Below are positions 11,848 through 21,961 of a stretch of DNA of 64,000 bases, piece after piece. Positions within the stretch are counted from its first letter, which is position 1, and every line of letters starts with the position of its first letter. This DNA is from an uncultured delta proteobacterium (GTDB lineage Bacteria > Myxococcota_A > UBA9160 > SZUA-336): positions 32,001 to 96,000 of the forward strand of contig CAVPHD010000006.1 in assembly GCA_963704165.1 (NCBI GenBank), given 5' to 3'. Position numbers and translations under genes: made by a program. Under the pieces are notes generated by a model, which worked only from the letters and a program-made list of their open reading frames with translations, had not been told where the DNA came from and ran no database searches.

Positions 11848-13379
11848 CGCGGAGCCGCTCGAGCGCGCGCAGCGCGCGCTCGTCGCCGGGCAGGAGCGCG
11901 AGGTGTACGCGGTACTCCGCGATCGCGTCGTCTCTCCGGCCGGCCTGCTCGAGGGCGGACGCGAGGTAGAGATGGCGTTCGCCGTTGCCCCCGGTCGAGG
12001 GATCGATTCCCAACGCGAGCGTCAAGTGGTGGGCGGCTTCCTCCGCGCGGCCGACGCGAAGCAGCACGAAGCCGTAGTTCGCCTGCGCCCGCTCCCAGTT
12101 CGGCGCGATCGAGACCGCGCTCGCCAGCCGCGCGAGCGCCTCCACGTCGCGCCCGCGCGCGGCCAGCTCGATTCCCGCTTCGGTGTCGGCGAACCAGTTT
12201 CGCTCGGTGACGTCCACCGCGCGCTGCCAGAGCACGAGGTCGTCGATCCAGAAGGCCAGCTGCGCGCGGCTGGTCGCGGCGAACGCGACCAGCGCGGCGC
12301 AGACGGCGAGCCGTCGCGACGCGGAGAGCCAGCCTCGTGCCCGGCACCGCGAAGACCAGCGCGAGCCAGACACCGATCTGTGGCAGGTAGGTGTAGCGGT
12401 CGGCGGTCGATTGGAAGCCGACTTGCACGACGCCGAGCGTCGGCGCGAGCCCGATCGCGAAGAACGCCAGCCCCGAAGCGATGAACGGCATGCGCCTGCG
12501 GAGCGCGAACGCGATCGCCGCGAGCGCCAGGACCGACGCGCCCGAGGCGATCACCGTGCCGAGCGGCCAGGTTCCCGGGTGCGGGTACAGCACCGCGAGA
12601 TCGCTCGGCCAGAGCGCGCGGCCGAGCTGGCTCGCGAGGCCGACGAGCGCGTTCGAGATCCGGTCGATGAGCCCGAGGTCGGGCGAGATCGCGCCGACCT
12701 GCGCGCGGAGCGTGACGAGCGAGGAGCCGAGCGCGAGCGCTGCGTACGGGAGCTTCTCGATGATGCGCAGGCCCCGACGCAGCGGCCAGAAGTCGAAGAC
12801 GAAGAGCATCAACGGCAACGACACGAGCATCGGCTTCGCGAGCAGCCCGAGCGCCATGCAGGCGAGCGAGATCCCGTAGGCCGCGAACGAGCGGCTCCGG
12901 GCGAAGCGCGTCCACGCCAGCAGCGAGAGCAGCGTGAAGCCCGCGCAGAGCAGGTCCTTGCGTTCGGCGATCCAGGCCACCGACTCGACGCGCTGCGGGT
13001 GCAGTGCGAAGAGCGCGGCGATCGCCGCACTCCGGCCGGTCGAGCCGGTGAGTCCCGCGAGCCAGAGGAAGACCAGACACGCGTTCAGCGCGTGAAGAAG
13101 CGCGTTCTCGACGTGCGGTCCCGATGCGCCCGTCCCGAAGACCTCGACGTCCACCATGTGCGAGAGCCAGGTCAGCGGATGCCAGTTGCTGGCGTGAAAG
13201 CTCGTGAACGCCCAGCGCACGCTCGCGACGGTGAGGCCCGCCTGGACCTCGGGGTTCTCGGTCACGTACTGCTCGTCGTCGTAGAACAGGAACGGAAGAC
13301 CGCGAACCGGGGCGTAGACGACGAGCGTCGCGGCGACGAGCGCGGCACAGACAACGATCGAACCCGCCCGGCGGCTCAA
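11831..13379 (-). CDS. GT-C membrane glycosyltransferase with C-terminal TPRs (TMTC-like), frameshift near 12310
   Basis: 'YDDEQYVTENP', 'NWHPLTWLSHM', 'FALHPQRVESVAWIAERKD', 'ADRYTYLP', then TPR-like helices. Start codon is uncertain. Confidence 0.8.
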
Positions 13380-13455
13380 AGCGCGCCCCTCCCCGCAGAG
13401 ACGGCAGTCTACAACGCGGGCTATCATCCGCCGACTCGAGCCGAGGAGATCTGCG

Positions 13456-14301
13456 ATGCGCTGGAAGATCGGAAACGTGACGATCACGCGGGTGGTCGAG
13501 GTGGAGATGCCGACGTCCGGCGACTTCGTGCTGCCGGACGCCAGCCCGGCGAACGTCGCGAAGATCCCCTGGCTTGCGCCGCACTTCGTGACCCCCGACG
13601 GGATGCTCCGGCTCAGCATCCACGCGCTCGTCGTCGAATCGCAGGGCCGGAAGATCCTGGTCGATACGTGCCTCGGCAACGACAAGAAGCGCGCGATCCC
13701 GGACTGGAACATGCGCACCGGTCCGTTCCTGAAGCAGCTCAGCGACGCGGGCGCCGCGCGGGAATCGGTGGACACGGTGGTCTGCACGCACCTGCACGTC
13801 GATCACGTCGGCTGGAACACGATGCTCGTGAAGGGCGAGTGGCTTCCGACCTTCCCCAACGCCCGATACCTGATCGGCCGCAAGGAATGGGAATACTGGA
13901 AGGGCGAGCCCGAGAGCCCGGACATGCCGATCATGAGCGACTCGGTGAAACCGATTCTCGACGCGGGGCTCGCGGATCTGGTCGATGCGGACCACAAGCT
14001 GACGAGCGAGGTCTGGCTCGAACCCACGCACGGCCATACACCGGGACACGTCAGCGTGCGCATCTCGTCGGGCGGCGCGGATGCGGTGATCACGGGCGAC
14101 ATGATCCATCACCCGTCGCAGTTCGCGAAGCCGGAGTGGGCGTCGAGCTTCGACTGGAACTCGGGGGTGAGCACGGCGACGCGGAAGTCGTCCTTCAAGC
14201 GCTGGGCCGAGGCCGGGTATCTCGTGATCGGCACGCACTTCGCCACGCCAACCGCCGGCAAGATCGTCCGCGACGGCGACGCCTGGCGCTTCGACGTCTA
14301 G
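13456..14301 (+). CDS. Metallo-beta-lactamase-fold hydrolase
   Basis: HxHxDH 'THLHVDHVG', 'GHTPGH', 'GD' and 'GTHF'. Confidence 0.9.
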   Translation: MRWKIGNVTITRVVEVEMPTSGDFVLPDASPANVAKIPWLAPHFVTPDGMLRLSIHALVVESQGRKILVDTCLGNDKKRAIPDWNMRTGPFLKQLSDAGAARESVDTVVCTHLHVDHVGWNTMLVKGEWLPTFPNARYLIGRKEWEYWKGEPESPDMPIMSDSVKPILDAGLADLVDADHKLTSEVWLEPTHGHTPGHVSVRISSGGADAVITGDMIHHPSQFAKPEWASSFDWNSGVSTATRKSSFKRWAEAGYLVIGTHFATPTAGKIVRDGDAWRFDV

Positions 14302-14311
14302 CGGGGAACCG

Positions 14312-15220
14312 ATGAGCGAAGAGGTCACGAGCTTCCCGGGCGCGCGCCGCCCGGATCGAACCCGCCGCGTGGACGCGCACGGCGTCGGCATCGCCGTCTA
14401 CGAGTGGGGCAAGCCCGAGGCCAGACCGCTGCTGCTCGCGCACGGCGGGTTCGACTTCGCGGGCACCTTCGACGGCTTCGCCCCGCTGCTCGCCGACGGT
14501 GGATTTCGCGTCGTGTCCTGGGATCACCGCGGACACGGGGACTCCGATCACGCCGCGCTCTACTCCTGGCAGGCGGACCTGCGCGACGCGCTCGTGGTGA
14601 TGGACTCGATCGGTCACGAACCGATGCCGATCGTCGGTCACTCGAAGGGCGGCGGGGTCTGCATGCAGCTCACCGAGGCGCGGCCGCACCGGGTCGAGCG
14701 CTTCGTGAACCTGGACGGCATGCCCGGCAAGTCGCGGCACCCCGACGTCGCCGATCGCGAGCGCACCAAGCTGCTCGACAGCGAGCTCTCGAACTGGCTC
14801 GACTGGCGCAAGCGCGCCGGCACGCTCGCGCGCAAACCCGGCACGATCGACGAGCTGGCCACGCGCCGCGGCCGCATGAACCCGAGGCTCTCGCGCGATT
14901 GGCTGCGCTACCTGGTGCCGATCGGTGCGCGCCGCGACGCGGACGGCTGGCGCTGGAAGATCGACCCGTCGATGCGCTTCGGCGGCTTCGGCCCGTGGCG
15001 ACCCGACTGGTCGCTCGAGCGCATGCGCGGATTCCCCGTGCCGCTGCTCGCGATCCTCGGCTCGATCGAGGAGGAAATGGGCTGGGGAACGACGGCTGCC
15101 TTCCTCGAGCCCTACATGCCGCGCGACACGCGCATCGTCACGCTCGAGGACTCCGGTCACTTCGTGCACATCGAGCACCCCCGCCGCGTCGCGGACCTGG
15201 TTCTGGAGTTCCTCGCGTGA
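14312..15220 (+). CDS. Alpha/beta hydrolase
   Basis: 'HGG', 'DHRGHGDS', nucleophile elbow 'GHSKG' and C-terminal 'GHFVH'. Confidence 0.9.
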   Translation: MSEEVTSFPGARRPDRTRRVDAHGVGIAVYEWGKPEARPLLLAHGGFDFAGTFDGFAPLLADGGFRVVSWDHRGHGDSDHAALYSWQADLRDALVVMDSIGHEPMPIVGHSKGGGVCMQLTEARPHRVERFVNLDGMPGKSRHPDVADRERTKLLDSELSNWLDWRKRAGTLARKPGTIDELATRRGRMNPRLSRDWLRYLVPIGARRDADGWRWKIDPSMRFGGFGPWRPDWSLERMRGFPVPLLAILGSIEEEMGWGTTAAFLEPYMPRDTRIVTLEDSGHFVHIEHPRRVADLVLEFLA

Positions 15221-15873
15221 GCGCAAATCCCGTGCTCCTCCGACACAACCTCGTCGATCTGGCGCTGCACACGCTTCGCTCCGGCGACGGCGCGGCGCTT
15301 CTGCTCCTGCACGGGCTCGGCGAGCGCTCGCCCACGCGCATTCCGCCGGAGTTCGAGTCCTGGCCGGGACCGGTCTTCGCGCTCGACTTCACCGGTCACG
15401 GCGACTCGAGCATCCCGCACGGCGGGGGCTACACGAGCGAGATCCTGATGGGCGACGTCGACGCCGCGCTCGCGCAGATCGGCGCTTCGACGCTGGCCGG
15501 GCGCGGACTCGGCGCCTACATCGCACTCCTGTCCGCGGGCGCGCGGCCCCGGCTCGTGCGCGGTGCGATCCTGCTCGACGGACCCGGGCTCGCGGGCGGA
15601 AGCGCGCGGCCCGGCACGCCGCTCGTGCCGATGCCCGATCCCGGCGCCGTCGCCCCGCCCGATCCGTTCGCGCTCGTCGAGCTCGCGACCGACGTGCGTC
15701 CGCCCGACTACGCGACCTCGTTCGTGCGCCAGGCCACGCACCTGTCCGGGCTCGAGCGGCCGATCAGCGTCTGCACGCTCGAGCGCCCGGACTGGCTGCG
15801 CGCCGTGGTCGACGAGCCCGGCGTCGAGACGACCGATCTCGACGAGGCGCTCACCATCTACGCTTCGCGCTGA
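15217..15873 (+). CDS. Short alpha/beta-hydrolase-fold protein lacking the nucleophile Ser
   Basis: 'LLLHGLG' and 'LDFTGHGDS'; the elbow reads 'GRGLG'. GTGA overlap with the upstream hydrolase. Confidence 0.75.
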   Translation: MSANPVLLRHNLVDLALHTLRSGDGAALLLLHGLGERSPTRIPPEFESWPGPVFALDFTGHGDSSIPHGGGYTSEILMGDVDAALAQIGASTLAGRGLGAYIALLSAGARPRLVRGAILLDGPGLAGGSARPGTPLVPMPDPGAVAPPDPFALVELATDVRPPDYATSFVRQATHLSGLERPISVCTLERPDWLRAVVDEPGVETTDLDEALTIYASR

Positions 15874-15913
15874 GCCGCGCCCCGTCCGAGATCCCGCGAA
15901 TCCGAAGTCCGCG

Positions 15914-17095
15914 CTAGTAGATCTCGAAGAGCCCCGCGGCACCTTGCCCGCCGCCGATGCACATCGTGACGACGCCCCACTTGGCCTTGCGGCGCTTGCC
16001 TTCGAGCAGCAGGTGACCGACGCAGCGCGCGCCCGTCATGCCGAAGGGATGGCCGACCGAGATCGAGCCGCCGTTCACGTTGTACTTCGACGGGTCGATG
16101 CCGAGCGTGTCGCGGCAGTAGAGGCACTGGCTCGCGAACGCCTCGTTGAGCTCCCAGAGATCGATGTCGTCGATCGAAAGGCCCGCGCGTTTGAGCAGCT
16201 TGGGAACCGCGTAGATCGGACCGATGCCCATCTCGTCGGGCTCGCAGCCGGCCGCCGCGAATCCGCGGAACGCGCCGAGCGGCTCGATGCCACGCCGCTT
16301 CGCCTCGCCGACCTCCATCAGAACGACCGAGGCCGCGCCGTCGGAAAGCTGCGACGCGTTGCCGGCCGTGATGAACTGACCCTCACCGCGGACCGGCTTC
16401 AGGCTCGCGAGACCCGCGAGCGTCGTGTCTGGACGATTGCACTCGTCCTTCGTCACCGTGTAGTCGACCTCGGACGTCTCACCGGTCTCCTTGTTCGTGA
16501 CGACCATCCGCGTCTTCATCGGGACGATCTCGTGGTCGTACAGCCCGGCATTCTGCGCGGCCGCCGTGCGCTTCTGACTCTCGAGCGAGTACTGGTCCTG
16601 GTACTCGCGGCTCACCTTGTAACGCTCGGCGACGATGTCGGCGGTCTCGATCATCGGCATCCAGAGGCCCGGGTACTGCGCGGCGAGCGGCTTGTCGACC
16701 TGGAGCGTGAAGCCCTTGCCGGTCTGGCTGTGGGTGATCGACTCGACGCCCGCGCCGACGACGATCTGCTCGCCGTCGACGATGATGCGACCGGCGGCGG
16801 TCGCAATCGCGTTCAGGCCCGAGGAGCAGTGGCGACTCACCGTCACCCCCGTCGTCGTCACCGGGCAGCCCGCCTTGATCGCCGCGAGGCGCCCGATGTT
16901 GTTGCCCGTCGTGCCCTGCGGCGTGCCGCAGCCGAGGACGACCTCGTCCACCTCGGCGGGATCGATGCCCGCGCGCTCGATCGAATGGCGGATCGCGTGG
17001 CCCGCCATGGCGACTCCGCCGGTGTTGTTGAATCCGCCGCGGTGGGACTTGGCGAGTCCGGTCCGCGCGGTCGAGACGATGACGGCTTCACGCAT
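15914..17095 (-). CDS. Thiolase (acetyl-CoA C-acyltransferase)
   Basis: 'SRHCSSG', '[12 protein letters not shown]', 'ELNEAFA', 'GHPFGMTG' and 'MCIGGGQG'. Confidence 0.95.
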   Translation of the reverse strand: MREAVIVSTARTGLAKSHRGGFNNTGGVAMAGHAIRHSIERAGIDPAEVDEVVLGCGTPQGTTGNNIGRLAAIKAGCPVTTTGVTVSRHCSSGLNAIATAAGRIIVDGEQIVVGAGVESITHSQTGKGFTLQVDKPLAAQYPGLWMPMIETADIVAERYKVSREYQDQYSLESQKRTAAAQNAGLYDHEIVPMKTRMVVTNKETGETSEVDYTVTKDECNRPDTTLAGLASLKPVRGEGQFITAGNASQLSDGAASVVLMEVGEAKRRGIEPLGAFRGFAAAGCEPDEMGIGPIYAVPKLLKRAGLSIDDIDLWELNEAFASQCLYCRDTLGIDPSKYNVNGGSISVGHPFGMTGARCVGHLLLEGKRRKAKWGVVTMCIGGGQGAAGLFEIY

Positions 17096-17546
17096 TTTCG
17101 TTTCCTCCTGGATCGAGAACGACGACCGGGATCACGCGCGCGGCTGCGCGCTTCTGGTAGTCGGCATACGGTGGGTAGAGTTCGACCATCCGCTTCCAGA
17201 TCTGCGCGCGCTCGTCGCCTTCCGCGACGCGCGCTCGAGCCCGGAGCTTCCTGGCGCCGACCTGCAGCTCGCACTCGGGCTTCGCCTCGAGATTGCGGAA
17301 CCAGATCGGGTGATCGGGCATGCCGCCCTTCGACGCGATCACGACGTAGCTCTCGCCGTGGCGGCCGTAGATCAGCGGCAACGCGCGCGGCTGACCGGAG
17401 CTGCGTCCGGTCGTCGTCAGCAGCAAGGTCGGAAGCAGGCCGGGTCCGCCGAGCGCGGACGAGTCCCACATGTGCGCCTTCTCGGGGTCGCTGCGGTAGA
17501 GCGCGATGTGTTCCGCGATCCAGGGAATCGCACTGAAATCGGCCAT
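17088..17546 (-). CDS. Deazaflavin (F420)-dependent nitroreductase family protein (Ddn-like)
   Basis: 'TLLLTTTGRSSGQPR', 'VVIASKGG...HPIWFRNL', 'YADYQ' and 'RVIPVVVL'. GGAGG RBS precedes ATG 17546. Confidence 0.9.
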   Translation of the reverse strand: MADFSAIPWIAEHIALYRSDPEKAHMWDSSALGGPGLLPTLLLTTTGRSSGQPRALPLIYGRHGESYVVIASKGGMPDHPIWFRNLEAKPECELQVGARKLRARARVAEGDERAQIWKRMVELYPPYADYQKRAAARVIPVVVLDPGGNENA

Positions 17547-17614
17547 GAATCCTCCGCTGGGGGGCCGAGTATGTGTCATCGTTCCGGCCGATGCACATCC
17601 TCGAAGAGGGGGCG

Positions 17615-18091
17615 ATGGACCGGCTGCAGCGAATCATGATCGGGCACGGCCTGCTGGTCATTCTCGTGGCGATGTTGGCCGGCTTCATGCTGATGTTCTC
17701 GCTGCTCGGCGGGTTCGAGATCTGGCCCGGTCGCTTCCTGCCGTTTCGCGTCTACGGGACGCCCGAGGGTTGGATTCGCGCGCACTCCGGCGGCACCATG
17801 AATGGCCTGTTGGTGATCGTCGTCGCGCTCGCCTTGCCGAAGCTGAACCTCGGAACGCGGATGCAGAAGTTCACCGCATATGGATTCGCCTACGTCGCGT
17901 GGTCGTTCACGGTCTTCTACTGGTTCGGAAACGCCGCTGCCAACCGCGGGCTCAGCGTCGGAGACAACACCTTCGGCGCGTCGGATTGGATCGGCGTCCT
18001 CGCGTTCCTGCCGGCCCTGCCGAGCGTCGTGATCGTCGTCGTGCTGCTGGCGATCGCCGCGACGGGTGTCGCTTCGGCACGTCGCGACTAG
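17615..18091 (+). CDS. Styrene-oxide isomerase (StyC)-like membrane protein
   Basis: Four TM helices with StyC-type motifs 'GHG', 'GGFEI.PG', 'G.PEGW.RAHSG..NG', 'FY.F.N' and 'NRGL..G.N.FG'. Confidence 0.8.
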   Translation: MDRLQRIMIGHGLLVILVAMLAGFMLMFSLLGGFEIWPGRFLPFRVYGTPEGWIRAHSGGTMNGLLVIVVALALPKLNLGTRMQKFTAYGFAYVAWSFTVFYWFGNAAANRGLSVGDNTFGASDWIGVLAFLPALPSVVIVVVLLAIAATGVASARRD

Positions 18092-18489
18092 CGCGGGTCG
18101 AGCCGGACGGAGAGCGGGTCGCTGCGCTGGACGAGGCCGTACCACCCATCGACCCAGCCGTACTTCGCGGCAAACGCGCGCTCGACCGCGCGAAGCTGCG
18201 CGTCGTCGCGGACGATCACGGCCGTACACCGGACGGTGACGCCCGCGCGCGTGAGTTCGACTTCGGGGTTCGCCCGAAGCTCCGCACCCAAGCTCCGAAC
18301 CGAGCGCGCGATGCGCACGTACGGGCGACCATCGACGTCGACGATCCAGAGCTTCGTTTCGTGCGGGCGCCCGGCGTCGTCGAAGCTGCGCAGCTCCGCG
18401 ACCTCCGTTCGCTCACCCGCGAGCCAGGCGCCGAGTGCGATCAGGAACAGGCCCGAGAGCGAGATCGACGCGATCCTGCGGAGACTCAC
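18088..18489 (-). CDS. Membrane-anchored split-barrel flavin/F420-binding protein (nitroreductase/quinone reductase-like)
   Basis: N-terminal TM helix; 'GRPHETKLWIVDVDGRPYVR', 'LRANPEVEL' and 'AFAAKYG'. Confidence 0.6.
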   Translation of the reverse strand: MSLRRIASISLSGLFLIALGAWLAGERTEVAELRSFDDAGRPHETKLWIVDVDGRPYVRIARSVRSLGAELRANPEVELTRAGVTVRCTAVIVRDDAQLRAVERAFAAKYGWVDGWYGLVQRSDPLSVRLDPR

Positions 18490-18546
18490 CCCGCCAACTT
18501 GACTTCGCCGACGCTCCCGTAGAAGGCAGCGAATCGCTGCACCGGA

Positions 18547-18936
18547 TCAGCCGCCCAGGAGCCACCGGGCGACGACCTGACCGACGAGACACGCGACCAG
18601 ACAGCCGACCAACGTCGCAGCGGCGTAGCCGGTACCCAGAACCCACGCGCCGTCCTGCAAGAGGGCGAGCGTCTCGACGCTGAACGCCGAGTAGGTCGTG
18701 AAGCCACCGAGGAATCCCGCACCCAGCGCGATCCGAAGCCCGGGCGGAACCGCGTCGGTCTCGAGCGAGACGACGACGAGCGCGGCCAGAAGCGCGGATC
18801 CGAGCAGGTTCACCGCCAGCGTCCCGAGCGGGAGCGCGGTCGGGAAGCGCTCGAGCAGGAACGATCCGATCCAGTAGCGCAGGCCCGAGCCGAGTCCGCC
18901 CGCGAGAAACACCCACCCGAACGTCGTCGTGCTCAT
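18547..18936 (-). CDS. crcB: Fluoride channel Fluc/CrcB
   Basis: 'GGLGSGLRY', 'PLGTLAVNLLGS' and 'GFLGGFTTYSAFSVET'. Confidence 0.95.
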   Translation of the reverse strand: MSTTTFGWVFLAGGLGSGLRYWIGSFLLERFPTALPLGTLAVNLLGSALLAALVVVSLETDAVPPGLRIALGAGFLGGFTTYSAFSVETLALLQDGAWVLGTGYAAATLVGCLVACLVGQVVARWLLGG

Positions 18937-18996
18937 CGCGCGAGCATACCCCTGCGGCCCGGGAGTCCGCCGCACGCAAAGTGCTAGGCTGCGCCG

Positions 18997-20421
18997 GTGC
19001 AGGACGTCAGCGAACTCGAGCCCGGGACGGAAGCGAAGCTCGAGCGCCAGAGCCTGATCGGGTTCTTTCGCGACCGCGATCACACCCGCGGCAACCTGCT
19101 CGTCTCGACGCTCGTGCTCGCGCTGCCGTCGATCCTGACGATGACGTTCTCGTTCGGCGTGTTCCAGGTGATCGAGCTCTCGTTTCTCGGCCGCCTCGGT
19201 GATCACGCGCTCGCCGCCGCGGGCTCGAGCGATCAGGTCCTGCGCCAGGGACTCATGCTCCTGGTGATGGGCATGACGGTCGCGTCGCAGATGATGATCT
19301 CGCGGCTCGTCGGCGCCGGGCAGGTCGAGGGCGCCGAGCACGTCGCAGGCCAGACCTTCCTGCTCGGAGCCGGTCTGGCGCTGATCGCCGCGCTGACGGG
19401 CGGGCTCTTTCCCGAAGCGCTCGTGCGCCTGATCACGAGCGACGCCGAGGTGATCGCGCTCGCGACGGTCTACGTGCGGATCGTCTTCCTCAGCTTCTTC
19501 GTGATGGTCGCGAGCCAGATCTTCTCGACCGTGCTGAACGGCGCGGGCGATTCGACGACGCCGATGCTGACCTCCTTCGTCGTGACGCCGGTCTCGATCT
19601 TCTCGCAGTGGGCGCTCACCTTCGGCCACGCGGGCTTCTCGCCGATCGGGATCGCGGGAATTCCGCTCGGTGCGGCGATCGGCGGCGCGTGCGGCGCGGC
19701 CGTCTCGCTCTACATGCTCTTCAGCGGCCGCTGTCGCGTGCACTTGCGCGCGCGCCACGTCGTTCCGGACTTCCCGCTGCTCGGCCGGATTCTCGCCACC
19801 AGCTTGATGCCCGCGGCCCACATGCTCGCGCGCTCGCTGATCGTGATGTTCTTCATGATCATGGCGGGCCGGCTCGGAGGAAAGGTGCAGGCCGCGTACA
19901 CCGTCGGACTCCGGCTCGAGATGCTCGCGATCATGCTCGCCTTCCCGATCGCGAACGCGTGCGCGACGCTGGTCGGCCAGAACCTGGGCGCGAAGAACCT
20001 GCGCCGCGCCTGGGGCGCGGTCTGGGCGAGCTCCCTCGTCGAGCTCGCCGCGCTCTGGCCGCTCGCGCTCGGCATCTTCCTGTTCCGGCACGCGCTCGTC
20101 GCTCTCTTCGTCGACGACGCCGAGGTCGCCGCGATGTCCGAAGAGTATCTCGCCTACTCCGCCGGGGTCCTCGCCTTCTACGGTCTGTACTTCGTCGCGT
20201 TTCGCACGCTTCAGGCCGCGGGCGACATGCTCTCGCCGATGCTCATCTCCGTCTCGACGGCGGTCTTCGTCGGCGCGCCGCTCGGCTGGTATCTGGCCAC
20301 GCGCACCGATCTGGGCGCGACGGGGATGTGGATCGCGAACGTGGCGTATGCACTGGTGAACGCCGGCATGATGATCGGCTGGCTGCTCACCGGACGTTGG
20401 GCGCGCAGACACGCGACGTGA
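18997..20421 (+). CDS. MATE-family efflux transporter
   Basis: About 12 TMs; 'LGRLGDHALAA', 'LNGAGDSTTPM', 'VGQNLGAK' and 'LQAAGD'. Confidence 0.9.
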   Translation: MQDVSELEPGTEAKLERQSLIGFFRDRDHTRGNLLVSTLVLALPSILTMTFSFGVFQVIELSFLGRLGDHALAAAGSSDQVLRQGLMLLVMGMTVASQMMISRLVGAGQVEGAEHVAGQTFLLGAGLALIAALTGGLFPEALVRLITSDAEVIALATVYVRIVFLSFFVMVASQIFSTVLNGAGDSTTPMLTSFVVTPVSIFSQWALTFGHAGFSPIGIAGIPLGAAIGGACGAAVSLYMLFSGRCRVHLRARHVVPDFPLLGRILATSLMPAAHMLARSLIVMFFMIMAGRLGGKVQAAYTVGLRLEMLAIMLAFPIANACATLVGQNLGAKNLRRAWGAVWASSLVELAALWPLALGIFLFRHALVALFVDDAEVAAMSEEYLAYSAGVLAFYGLYFVAFRTLQAAGDMLSPMLISVSTAVFVGAPLGWYLATRTDLGATGMWIANVAYALVNAGMMIGWLLTGRWARRHAT

Positions 20422-20485
20422 TCGGGCTCGTCGAAACGGGCGCTCATCCTGCGCGACGTCTCGCGATCCGGGCTAGACTTCGCGG

Positions 20486-21277
20486 ATGAACGACGAGACG
20501 TACTACAAGGATCACTGGGTCGAGATCGAGCCCGAACGGATCGAGGCCTACGAGCAGATGTTCGAATGGCGGCCGCAGAACGCGCCGCTGCTCGAGCCGG
20601 CCGGGCTCGCACCCGGACAGACGGTGATCGACTACGGCTGCGGACCCGGCGGGCTCGCGGTCGAGCTCGCGAGGCGCGTCGCCCCGACCGGGCACGTGCA
20701 TGGCGTGGATCTGAACAAGCTCTTTCTCGAGCGTGCCCGCGCACGCGCAAAGCGCGACGGTGTGGAGCCGCTGATCGACTGGCATCACACCGACGGCGAT
20801 CGCATCCCACTCGATTCGGGGCTGGCCGACCGGCTCGTGTGCAAGAACGTGATGGAGTACGTGCCCGACGTCGCCGCCACGCTCGCGGAGTTTCGCCGTG
20901 TCTTGAAGCCCGGCGGGCTCGCGCACGTGATCGACAGCGACTGGGGAATGCTGGTCGTGGAACCGATCGGCGCCGAGCGCATCGCGGAGCTCTTCGAGGC
21001 CGCGAAGCCCGCCTACAAGACGCCCCTGATCGGCCGCAAGCTCTGGGGCGCGATGCGCGGCGCCGGCTTCTCCGACGTGAAGGTGAAGATCCTCACCAGC
21101 GCCGACACCAAGGGCTTCACCGCACCGATCGTCTTCAACATGATGTCGTACGCACGCGCCTCCGGTCGGCTCTCGAAGCCGGCGCTCGACGCGCTCACGG
21201 CCGACCTGAAGACGTCCCTCTCGGACGGCACGTTCCTGCTGATCCTGCCGCAGTTCCTCGTCACGGGGATGGCGTGA
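20486..21277 (+). CDS. Class I SAM-dependent methyltransferase
   Basis: 'VIDYGCGPG' and 'RRVLKPGG...DSDW'. Confidence 0.9.
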   Translation: MNDETYYKDHWVEIEPERIEAYEQMFEWRPQNAPLLEPAGLAPGQTVIDYGCGPGGLAVELARRVAPTGHVHGVDLNKLFLERARARAKRDGVEPLIDWHHTDGDRIPLDSGLADRLVCKNVMEYVPDVAATLAEFRRVLKPGGLAHVIDSDWGMLVVEPIGAERIAELFEAAKPAYKTPLIGRKLWGAMRGAGFSDVKVKILTSADTKGFTAPIVFNMMSYARASGRLSKPALDALTADLKTSLSDGTFLLILPQFLVTGMA

Positions 21278-21923
21278 AGATCAGGAAGGACTGATCCGCG
21301 AGGAAGTCATCCTGCTCGACGAGCTGGTATCCGGCGGCCTCGAGCTCCTGCTGAATCACCGCGATCGCCGTTCCGTGCCCGCCGGATCGGTACTCGACGA
21401 TCGCGATCCGCCCCCCGGGGCGAAGCCGATCCTGCAGCGCTGCGAAGTAGGCGATCCGATCCGAGAGGTGGTGGTAGGTGTTGCACACGAAGATCAGGTC
21501 GACGCCGTCGGCGGGGATGCGCGGGTCGTCGGGTGCGCCCTCGATCACCCCGACGTTCTCGCGCTTCTCCTTCGCCACGCGACTGCGCAGGTAGCCGAGC
21601 ATGTCGGGATCGACGTCGATGGCGTAGACGCGCCCCTCGGGCCCGACCGCATCGGCGAAGCGAAACGTGAAGTAGCCGCCCCCCGCACCGAGATCCGCGA
21701 CGTGCGCGCCCGGAACGATCTCGAGCGCCGCGACGACGCGCTCGGGCTGCTGCGAAGCGTCGCGGCCCGGACCCGCGTAAGCGAGGCGCTTGAGCGCGCC
21801 GCACCCGGACACGACCGAGAGCGCGAGCAGCACGGCGATCCAGAGCCGCGCGTGCGACGAACGAAGCCCGGGATCATCGCGATCCCGATCCATGGATTCG
21901 ACATCGAGAGCGTCGATCGACAT
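21261..21923 (-). CDS. Class I SAM-dependent methyltransferase with a lipoprotein-like signal
   Basis: 'VADLGAGGGYFT', 'NTYHH' and 'LRPGGRIAIVE'; hydrophobic stretch ending 'VVSGC'. Confidence 0.85.
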   Translation of the reverse strand: MSIDALDVESMDRDRDDPGLRSSHARLWIAVLLALSVVSGCGALKRLAYAGPGRDASQQPERVVAALEIVPGAHVADLGAGGGYFTFRFADAVGPEGRVYAIDVDPDMLGYLRSRVAKEKRENVGVIEGAPDDPRIPADGVDLIFVCNTYHHLSDRIAYFAALQDRLRPGGRIAIVEYRSGGHGTAIAVIQQELEAAGYQLVEQDDFLADQSFLIFTPSP

Positions 21924-21961
21924 GCCTGAATCGTAGTCGATCGGCGGGCTATGATGGGGAA

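Noticed and set aside
18937..18996. Fluoride riboswitch upstream of crcB
   Set aside because: The gap is only 60 bp, lacks the conserved GGCGATGG...TGA core, and the gene looks leaderless.
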